Assembly (NCBI RefSeq): GCF_032191835.1
Contig: NC_083237.1
Coordinates: forward strand, 29,698,001 to 29,762,000
DNA: 64,000 bases
Source: Heteronotia binoei
Taxonomy: Eukaryota
Direction of reading: 5' to 3'
A program made the translations under genes and the position numbers. Of the stretch, positions 47,801 to 57,380 are shown in pieces. Position 1 is the stretch's first letter, and the number at the start of each line of letters is the position of its first letter. A model generated the notes under the pieces. The model worked only from the letters and a program-made list of their open reading frames with translations. It was not told the origin of the DNA and did no database searches.

Positions 47801-50800
47801 TTCATCATACTGGCACCAATAATCAAATACCACCACACCAAACAATCATCAAAAAACCCCAAATACCTGTCCAGCAAACCACGAGACCAAGTGGGGCTGG
47901 TGATCTACCTCTGACCCCTCTGTGATCTACTGATAGATCGCGATCTACCTGTTGGACATACCTGATGTATACAATACCTGATGCTTGCACATTTAAAAAC
48001 ACCCCCCCCCCCAATTTGGGTGTATCAACGGCAAGAGAAAAAACTTTCAGTATGAATTCAGCCTTATGTAGCATATAGACAGATGCTAAACAGAAGTTCA
48101 CAGAAAATTATTTGAACCCTGTTTTAAACATACTGTGGCATATATGAGAAAGTTCAGTGCTGGTGTCATATCTGCCAATTGCCATTGTTAATCAGGAACA
48201 GTCCCTGGTTTGTCCTGTTTTTAGTCTTGGGAGGAGGGGGGATGCCCTTTAGCATGAGTTGCTGATGTTGTCATTCTTTAGGACTGAATCCCCTCTGAGC
48301 CTTGAGAAGTTAAATCTCTGCTTGGGGCAGCAAATGCCTCTTTTCTCCTCTAACATCTATGAGAATGGCCAAAATTAAGCAGAGAAAGCTTTTCCTGACA
48401 TGAAGTAGGGAGATTTGGGGGAGGGGAGGAGCTTTGCCTACTATATTTATTATTTTATTTATTTAATTCCATTCAGTTCGTATCCCACCCTCCCTGCCGA
48501 GGCAGGCTCAGAGCGGCTCACATGGTCATGCATACGCATGAATACAAGCATACATTAAAACAGTAAAAACAATTTAAAACATAGAAATTGACATTTCATT
48601 TCAAGTACTATGATCTTAAGTGTGTTGTCTTGCTATTCCAGCTAGGTGTTCTCCGTAAAGCAGATCTTAATGGTCCAGATGTTCTATATGGAGCAGATTG
48701 CAAGAGGTGGTCCAGATAATTTTTAGAGACTGTAGTAGCCAATGATCTAACTTGCAAATGCCTGGTGGAAGAGTGTAGTCTTACAGGCCCTGCGGAACTG
48801 TACAAGCTCTCACAGGGCCCTGACCTCCTCTTGGAGCTCATTCATCCTGTGTACAGGGGTGTTAAAGGCACAGGTGCCCCACCAGGAACAAAGTTGTCAA
48901 CCCTGGTTCAAATTAAACTCTGATGAACTGCCAGGCTGAGGTTGTTTGCCCATATCTTGGATCCTTTAATTGGATACGCCAGTGCGTACAATGGACCTTG
49001 GGACCTTCAGGATCCAAAGCATGTGCTGAACCACCAAACCAGGGCTCCTCAGTGACCTAAGGAATGCAGCTGAGTCTTAGGAATGGAGGGAAATGGTTTT
49101 GCCTATGAATAATCTGCTCTGCTCTGCTTTACTTCCTTTACTACACCCAGGGTGTCCAAATAATGCCCGAGATATTATCTTCTTAATTGATGGTTCATCC
49201 AGCATGCGATCCTCAGAATTCATGCATATGAAGGAGTTTGTTACACATACCATGAAAAGCTTTCCCAACAATACACAGGTAATACACAGTAGGGGGAGCT
49301 GTACTACAGGTAATGGGGATGGAACAGCCCCCTTGAATTACAGAGAAAGGTGTGGCAAGGAAGACGTCTAAGTGGCAATGAAGGCAAAAATTGACTTATG
49401 GGAACCTACCTTATAGCAAGTAGGAGCCTAGGTTGCCAACTCCCACTGGGAAATTCCTGGAAATTTGGGGGCAGTGAGTGGGAGGGGTGGTGCTTGGGGA
49501 GGGAGCTGAGCAGGGATGTTAGGCCCCATAGCTGACCTACTGAAGCTGCCACTTCCTCCAGGGGAAATGATCTCTGCAGTCCAGAGTCTACAAGTTGCAT
49601 GACTTAAATGCAGGGGTACAAAATTCCAGGCACAAAAAATAAATTAATTTTTTAAAAATCTGTTGTGGTGGCTAATGGGAAGCTGTGGAATTCTGCAAGC
49701 AAAGTTTCAGTCAGAAGAGCTCTCTTCCTTCCCACTAATTTCTCCCCATCCCCTCTAGTTCTCTCTCCTGCAGTTCTCCAGTCGCTTTCAGGAGCACTTT
49801 GACTTCAAGCAGTTCCACAGAAATCCTGATCCAGATCAACTGCTCAACCAGGTTAAGCAATTGGGAGGCTCCACGCACACAGCCTCTGCCATCAGGAAAG
49901 CTGTGTGGGTATCTTTGGTCTGTTTCTTCCTGCTCTGTGGCCAGCATGCCACAGAAATGTTTTTACGACCATTTACTGTCTCTCCTTTGTATTTATAGCA
50001 TTTTAGTATGCTTGTGAGGTGTGGTTCATAACTTCCTAAGTTCTCTTATATTCTTAAGTAACCTACCAAAAGTTCTGGAACCCTGTCCCCAAGCCTAAGT
50101 GCTGTATGAATTGTGAGCATCAGAAATATACATGTGAAATAAGTTATTTTTAAACTCTTAAGGGTTTACCTGCTTACAATGAACACTTTCCAAAAGTAAA
50201 TTATACTTAAATATTCCCTCTTTGAAGAACAATCTTATGCTGTTAAGTTAATCGTAACTAAAGGAGGGTTTTTCTGGGGATCATTTATTCCTCATAAAAG
50301 TGATAGAAATCTTGAAAAATTCACCTTTAGCCAGGGAAATTTTTTGGTGGGCCAGATGGTTGGTATTTAGAGTACCAAATAGTTTGGAGCGACACCAATT
50401 TTTTTAAAAAATAGACATATCCTTAATTTAAAAAATAAATTCTTACCCCCCCCCCCCCCCCCCCCGGAAATCTGATTGAAATCTGATTGGAAATCTGAAA
50501 ACAGCAGCTTTCCTGAAAAATATTTTAGGTGAGTGGTGCACATACCAGACTCATCCTAGCTATGGTTGGAAGGAACTCATTTGCATATTAAGCCACATCC
50601 CCTAATGCCAAGCCAGCCAGAACTGCATTCCTGGGCATTCCTGCTCAAAAAAAGCCCTGTCTATGGTCCTACAATGATTCTTAGTGGTACTGGCACAGGA
50701 CAAGAAAAGAGAAAAAAATAATGTCAACTGACCAGGAGATAAATGTCCTGATACTTTAATGGAGGTTTAATGAATGATAGTGAACAGTTGAAATTTTTAA

Positions 50801-53800
50801 TGTTATGGGGATAAATGACAACCCCTGGTATTTACTGCCAATCAAAAGGGCAGATAGAGGGACAAGTTTAATTTGGTATTGCTAATAGCTTTTGTATCTC
50901 CTCATTCTGCTCTCCTTTCTTCTCTCCAATGTTTAGAAGGGAGCTGTTTGTGCCACACAGAGGTGCCCGCAACACGGCCACCAAGATTCTCGTGGTGGTG
51001 ACCGATGGGCTGAAAACTGGGGACCCCTTAGAATATCTAGAGGTTGTCGAAGAGGCAGAAAGAGCTGGAGTTGCGCGCTTTGCAGTTGGGGTGAGACCTA
51101 AGTATCTGTTCTTTCTTATCTGCTGCCTTTCTTTCTTTCAACATGAGGCAGAAAACTTGGAGTGCAGATTTTGTCTAGAATCCATTATCCTGACAGTGCT
51201 GGATTAAACCCTGTGGAGGCCCCTAGGCAGTCAAAACCTCAGGGGGCCTCTTGCAAATGATTGCAGAGTTGGAGCGCCCATCCTGCCACCTGTAGCCCTC
51301 ACTGCAGCCTACAGGCACCTTCTCCAAAGCCCCTTTGACAAAGCTGTGGGGGAGAGGCAAACTTGGTGGCGATGCTAGCAGTGGCCTCCTCAGTCAAATT
51401 TGGCAAAGAGTGGCTCAGTTGCTGGCTGCATTGTGCAGGCTCTGAGAGTTGCAAGCAGGGAGAAAATCAGGGGGGGAAAGCTGGCCCGGGGCCCCTAAAG
51501 GCATGGGGGCTCATAGGCCAGTGCCCACTTGGCCTAATTGTTAATCTGGCCCTGTATCCTTAGGTCCTAACTTCATTTACAGCTTCTTGTGGGGCAAGAG
51601 ATTCCAAGATGGTGCCAAATGCAGACAGAAGCATGCAGTTGTCCCAGAGCAGTGGTCTTCAATCCTTCCAGACCTGTTATGACTTGAATATGGGATCCAC
51701 TAATCTGTGGTTTAGGGAGGGACTATAGAGTCCATCTTCCATGGCAGCCATTTTCTCTGGGGGAACTGATCTCTGCAACCTGGAGACTGGTTGTAAATTC
51801 CAGGAGATCTCCAACTACCACCTGGAGACTGGCAACCCTAGCTGCTCCAACTTGACTTCCAGCCAGTCTGTTTCCTGTGCTTTGCTTGTGACCCATAAAA
51901 CGCACCAATTACATGAGCCCTGTGTGTTGACACACTTGGGATGGGACTCTGTGCAGCCCACCTTGAATTGTGCCTTCAGAGAGATGCCTAAGCAACTCTG
52001 AACTTTTGTATTGCTTCTTCCAAGTCTACCTCTACCCTTGTAGCTTTTGAAGGCAGTTTGGTGGTGCTTATTAAATGTCTTTTCTCTTGGGAAGGTTGGT
52101 TTGGGCTTCATCAGTGCAACTGCCCAACAGGAGCTCCATGCCATTGCTTCCAGTCCTGCCACACAGCACACGTTCCATGTGAGACACTTCACAGACCTGC
52201 GTGACACCCATCACCAACTGCAAGAGAAGATTTGTTCCAGACGTGGTACGGTGGCTTATGGGGGAGGAGATTGGGAAGAGGGAGATTGTGGGAGATTCTC
52301 TGTCATGGATGTCAGAAATGGCCAGCTTTTTAATGCCTTTATACTTATCCCCCCTCCCCCCCCTGCAAAAAAAAAAAGTTTACAGCAGCATTAATAGCCA
52401 GCAGAGTATTGTGATCTATGCCTGCCTGGTGAAACAACAGAAGTCCTGGGGTGGCAGAGTGAACAGGATTTCCTGTAATTAAGAGGCGGGTTTCTTGTAC
52501 CCTTTTTGGAGATCTCTGTAGCATTCATCACTCTAGTGGCAGTGAATCATATATATTAATTGTACTTGTGTACTTCCTTTTGAGAGACAGCTAGTGTGAA
52601 TGATGCTAGGATTTTGGAGACCCAGTTTTGAATCCCCACTCTGCCGTGGAAGCACAGAGGGTGATCTTGGGTCAGTCATAGACTCTCAGCCTAACCTACC
52701 TCACAGGTTGTTGTGAGAATAAATTGAAGAAGGGGAAAATAACATTGTAAACTGCTTTTTTTTTTCAGTCAAAAATTTCTGTTTTCCAACATACATATTA
52801 CAGAACAAAGCAACACATACTCTATTGCACTAACTGAAACACACAAACAATAAACTAAATAAACAAATAAACAATAAACTGGAGAATAAGGGTTAAAGTC
52901 ATTTACAATATATCGCATCACTTCTATTCCCATCTATTACTTTCTCTTGACCTATTCATTTATTTCTGGTTTCTACAACATTCTTACCTACTACATTTCA
53001 ATTTATTTTTTTTTAAAACCAATCATATAGGGGTTGCCAGGTTTCTTTACACTCTCATATATTTCCTTCCTTCAGCTTCACTGAAAGATAGTCCATTTCT
53101 GCTGTTTCAAATAAGTGCTTTGGGACCCATCTGGAGAGAAAAGTGGTGTATAAATATATAACAACAATTCCTTTTTGTCTCTCCTGAATCTACTGCCAGT
53201 CATTTTAGTTTAGTGACTCTGTGTTCAGATTATGGGAAAGGGAGAAAAGGTTCTCTCTGTCCAGTCCACCATGTCTGCTTTTCCCCACTGCAGCTACCTT
53301 TTTAAAGCCAGATTTGAGTCCAGTAGCACAAGATTTTTTGGAGCATATGCTTTTTAGTCAAATGCCCTTTGTTAGAATCTGATAAAGGAAACTTTGATTC
53401 TTGAAGGCGAAGAACACAAAAATCTTGGTTTCTAGGGTTCTCCTGGACTCACATCGAGCTACCTCCTGCAGACCACCATGGCTACCTTCGGAAACTCTTT
53501 TTTTGTGAACATGTCATGTACCCAGTCCCCCTTAGTTAAGAGCAAAGCTCCAAACGCTTCAGCTTTTCCTCAAAAGAAAGGCAGTTCTTTAACACATTTG
53601 ACATATTTATTGTTTCACTGTTTTCCCCCTTAATTAAATCCACAGAACTATTGACCCTTTACACTTGTTAATCCTGTTTGTCTCTGCATATCTTAAGATA
53701 TCTTCACCATGCTATATGCTAATTTGCTGTTCAGCCTCTGTCTATGTTTGAACGGTTTTCTTCCATTTCATTTTATTTGAAGAAGTGTGTGCGCACCCGA

Positions 53801-54334
53801 AAGCTCATACCTTGAATAAAACTTTGTTGGCCATAACGGTGCCACTGGACTCTAATTTTGTAGGAGAATCTGTGGTCATCCAATGGAAGCAGTTCCGTGC
53901 TGGTTCTTCTGATTTTGCTCATTGCACTCCAGGAGGTTTTAGCAGTGGTTGTGTTCAGGACTGGCCCTGTCGCTAGGCAAACTAGACAACTGCCTTGGAC
54001 GTTGGTCTTCTGGGGGCACCAAACTGGGCACTCCTGTGTCTCAGTGACATTATCAGTGCGGAGAGGGCACCAGAAGTTAGCCTTGCCTAGGGTGCCAGTC
54101 TAGGGCTGGACCTGGTTGCGCTGAAGTTTTTGCTCTGTGCCTTTTCTAGGCCCTGCTGTGCCACAGCCCCCTGTTCCGCCGCAGTTGCCTGACACTTGTG
54201 CTTCACACTCTGATCCGCGAGTGCTGCAGAAACTGGAGCAAGTGTTGAGCAGCCTGGATGCGATGACTGCCAAGCTGGACTTGCTGGCCATCAGGCAGGA
54301 TAAATGTGGGCGCAGTTCCTATTCTTTGTCCTGA
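44760..54334 (+). CDS. Integrin alphaM/X/D-derived, predicted secreted I-domain (VWA) protein with C-terminal coiled coil, about 296 aa
   Basis: Exons 44760-44811, 45173-45247 (tentative), 49151-49278, 49759-49904, 50937-51090, 52095-52245, 54150-54334 = 891 nt in frame, all GT-AG. gccATGG start; MIDAS DGSSS...T...TDG intact; no TM or GFFKR. Confidence 0.78.
45173..45247 (+). CDS. I-domain gene exon 2 (acidic linker)
   Basis: ESVDGDFDLWDALDVPKIPQRNEGG; long pyrimidine tract, donor GTAAGC, phase 1-1. Confidence 0.6.
45472..47964 (-). mobile_element. hAT (Buster/Charlie-type) DNA transposon, full length, frameshifted transposase
   Basis: TIRs CAGGCATGTCCAAC / GTTGGACATACCTG; perfect 8-bp TSD ATGTATAC at 45464-45471 and 47965-47972; transposase pieces at 47443-47661, 47180-47446, 46484-46954 (SITTDGA, HCIIQQ, VRWLS) and 46139-46456. 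Confidence 0.92.
49151..49278 (+). CDS. I-domain exon A (MIDAS DxSxS)
   Basis: CPNNARDIIFLIDGSSSMRSSEFMHMKEFVTHTMKSFPNNTQ. Confidence 0.93.
49759..49904 (+). CDS. I-domain exon B
   Basis: FSLLQFSSRFQEHFDFKQFHRNPDPDQLLNQVKQLGGSTHTASAIRKAV, 146 nt. Confidence 0.93.
50937..51090 (+). CDS. I-domain exon C
   Basis: RELFVPHRGARNTATKILVVVTDGLKTGDPLEYLEVVEEAERAGVARFAVG, 154 nt. Confidence 0.94.
52095..52245 (+). CDS. I-domain exon D
   Basis: VGLGFISATAQQELHAIASSPATQHTFHVRHFTDLRDTHHQLQEKICSRR, 151 nt. Confidence 0.92.
54150..54334 (+). CDS. I-domain gene terminal exon (Pro linker plus coiled coil)
   Basis: GPAVPQPPVPPQLPDTCASHSDPRVLQKLEQVLSSLDAMTAKLDLLAIRQDKCGRSSYSLS*; acceptor ccttttctag; phase matches. 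Confidence 0.72.
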
Positions 54335-54476
54335 GCCAGGCAATATGATCTGCCCCAGGAAATGATTCGTAAGAAGGAAAGCTTCAAGTCGGTCTGGATG
54401 GAAGGAGACACATGGAAGTCCTCCCATGTTGTCTTTGATCTAGTTTTTGACTGAATGCTGATGTAGCCGTGATGCC

Positions 54477-54482
54477 AATAAA
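54477..54482 (+). terminator. Polyadenylation signal of the I-domain gene
   Basis: AATAAA followed by a GU/U-rich element (ctttgtgtgttcttttgttg) about 20-40 nt downstream. Confidence 0.7.
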
Positions 54483-56819
54483 TTCACCTGCTCACAATCT
54501 TTGTGTGTTCTTTTGTTGACAGCAGTAGTAAATCACAGACTTTGTCAGTGCAGCAGTGGGCTACAAAGGGCCTTGTGTGTATATTGTTAACTAATCCCAG
54601 TGCTTTTTTGGTAGAAAAAGCCCAGCCAGAACTCATTTGCATATTAGGCTACACCCCCTGACACCAAGCCAGCTGGAACTGCATTCCTGTGCGTTCCTGC
54701 TCAAAAAAAAAAAAGCCGTGACTAATCCCAAAAGCTAAGCATAATAAAAACAGCAGAGCCAAACTGAGGAAAATGCCACCACTCACAAATTCTTGTGGAA
54801 CGACACCAGCCATTCAAAAAGTGGTTTGGGCTGAACTTAGAAAATCCCACATTACCTAACTGGGGGCGAAGTTGGTTTTCAGTTCCTTGTCTAGAGTTTA
54901 GTTCCTGTTTGAATCATGCTACAAATGTAGTCAGAATTGGGATTTGAACACTGGGGCACCCATAAAGAAACTTTGGTATGGCTGGCTGAAGCCATTTAAC
55001 CACCCCAAGCATATGTATGTACATAGCTGCTTTGTACTGAATCAGACCATTGGTCCATCAAGGTCAAACAGGCAGCAGTGACTACTTGATCTTTTTAACT
55101 AGTGATGCCATGGCTTGAACCCAGGACCTTCTGCAGGCCAAGCTGATGCTCTGTCACTGAACCACGGCCCCCACCCCCTGTGCCACTGTGACTGAAGATT
55201 TTTTTGGCTTCCCCTATTTAATCTATCATGATCCCTTATTCTTGGCTTCTGAAGAAGTTAAAACCATTCTGTTCCAATAAATTGAAGTCTTGGGAAGATT
55301 CTTCTTCTGATGCTGGTCTTTTATTGGCTCTTTGCTAATGCTGCATGGCTACTTTATTACTATAGTACGAGTGACTGATATTTCATTTTATTTGTCTGGG
55401 GCTCATGCATTCATGTCTATATGCCTAATAGTATTTTAAAACTGTAAGCCATATTGAACGCTACTTTAGAAGAGATCAGACTGAGGGGGGAGCAAACACT
55501 CACCATAATGTGTGTGCAGATTTAACTGACCCTAAAGGAACTAGTTTGCTGGTAAGAGGTTATACGGAAGAGACCTCAATTTGTTCAGTATGTATATCAG
55601 AGTTGGTTAAGTATTCTCATCCAGCATTTCAAAAACAATTCAAAACACGCCGCTGCAGCTAATGTAACAGAATATTTTAATGATTTTATTAGTCTTCTCA
55701 GCATTTTTTCCTTAGAAAAAGCCCAGCAGGAACTCATTTGCATACCAGGCCACACCCCCTGACACAAAGCCAGCTGGAACAGCATTCCTATGTGTTCCTG
55801 CTTTTAAAAAGCCCTGAGTCTTGTAACAGCCAGAAAAACTTGACAGCATATTAAAAATATTTTTAAAACCTACATCATTAATATCTTTCCTAATGCTCTG
55901 ACTTCCCTTACCTCTTTTCCTGTTTTTGTTATCAGACACTCCCTTCCTAATGCTCTAAAGCAAAGTGCTAAATGACAGCCAGGACAATCTTAAACAGAGT
56001 TACACCCTTCTAAAGCCATGGACTTTCAGTTTAAGCCAGTGCTGAAAAGGGGGTGAAAGTGCTTTCTAAATTATGAGATAACTTGAAGAGCAGACTTGTG
56101 CAGTGCTACCATGGGACTGGGTCCAACCTGCTTTTTCCACCCAATTTCCCTCCTTATTACAGTCCTCATGCCCCGTGTATCACCAGCAAAGCCTTTTTTG
56201 GGTGATCCTCCCCCTCCCCCCTTTTCTCTAGCTGGTGTTAGAGTTTGGATCTAGTGTTTGGCTCACCGAAAGCCATGTGGATTAGCTCTGTAGAATTTGG
56301 CACTGTGGGCCAACTAGTATGGAAAAGAGGGCATCTGACAAGCTTTACAGGACAGAGGTGGTCCTTCTGTATAAGACACCTTGCAGGGACCTGAAGGCCG
56401 CCTGCATCTGGTAAAAAAACCCCAATTTGTACTTACTCAGTGTTATTCAACCACTATCTTTCAAAACAGGTTCACAAGTGACATGAAGCTTGCTTTACTG
56501 CAAACCAGTGGATACGAAAGCTTACATTCTGAATAAAACTTTGTTGGTCTTAAAGGTGTTACTAGACTCCTACTTTGCAAACCAGTGCTTCCAGTTCTGA
56601 TCATAAGCATTCCCTTTTAAAAACCAAAGCTTTATTTTCAGCCCCGAAACTTGATTTTCAATATCAGCTCAAGCCTCATCATCACTTTGTTTAATTTATA
56701 CCCCGCCCTATCCCATGAGTGGGCTCAGGGCGGCTTACAAACATTAATTAAAAACACTATGTGGCCTCTAAGCATGGGCAGAGTGTGTATCTCAAGCGCT
56801 CAGGAACCACCCCTCCTTT

Positions 56820-57380
56820 TTCCCCGTCCGGCCATCGACCAGAGACTCACTTCCAGCTCAAAGGTTCGGAGCGGGGGGCGGGGGATGAGCCCCGGTACAT
56901 TCTACTCCACCCAGCCGCTGCCTAAAAACAAACAAACGCCCCCCGCCCCCCCCCCCCCACGTCCGGCTTCAGCTCGGCTCCTTTCGGAAACATTCGGAGG
57001 GTTCCGAGACGTCCGGCAGCCTTCTTAGAAAAGAGCGAACTGGCGGGAAGGCACTGCCCCTTCAGCGGCACTCGGACATTTCCGTCCATACGCGACACTG
57101 CGGGCTTTTTTTTTTTGGTCGATTGTTCTCGTCTCTACTCGGCTATTTCCGGTTCCGCTCGGGCGACTCCGAATCCACTCGGCCTCCGGATCAGCAACAG
57201 CAGCAGAAGCCTCCGCGAGATGGAAGGTACTCTCGAGCCCCCCCTCCCCGCTCGTCATAGACAGGAAGAGGGGGCGGGACGACGGGAAGCCACGCCCTTT
57301 GAGCCCCCCCTTACAGCAGAGTTGTGGTTGACGTCACAGTTAGTGGGGGAGGTCAGAGGTCACGGATAGGGTGTTTGTCC
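56820..57380 (+). promoter_or_regulatory. CpG island promoter of RABEP2
   Basis: High CpG density, ETS-type TTCCGG near 57146, directly upstream of and around the first coding exon. Confidence 0.7.

Noticed and set aside
50446-50465. Run of about 20 C (potential G-quadruplex on the minus strand) and other homopolymers or microsatellites
   Set aside because: Common low-complexity sequence with no supporting context.
53862-53976. Frame reading GSSDFAHCTPGGFSSG, faintly like integrin exon 10 (SSFEHEMSQEGFS)
   Set aside because: It lies between a Penelope relic and a MITE, ends in a stop and has no good donor; the similarity is too weak.
54220-54290. Heptad register of the terminal coiled coil aligns with the CLEC11A neck (CLEC11A neighbours ACP4 in human)
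   Set aside because: Matches are almost only a/d leucines, which any coiled coil would give; there is no evidence of homology without a profile search.
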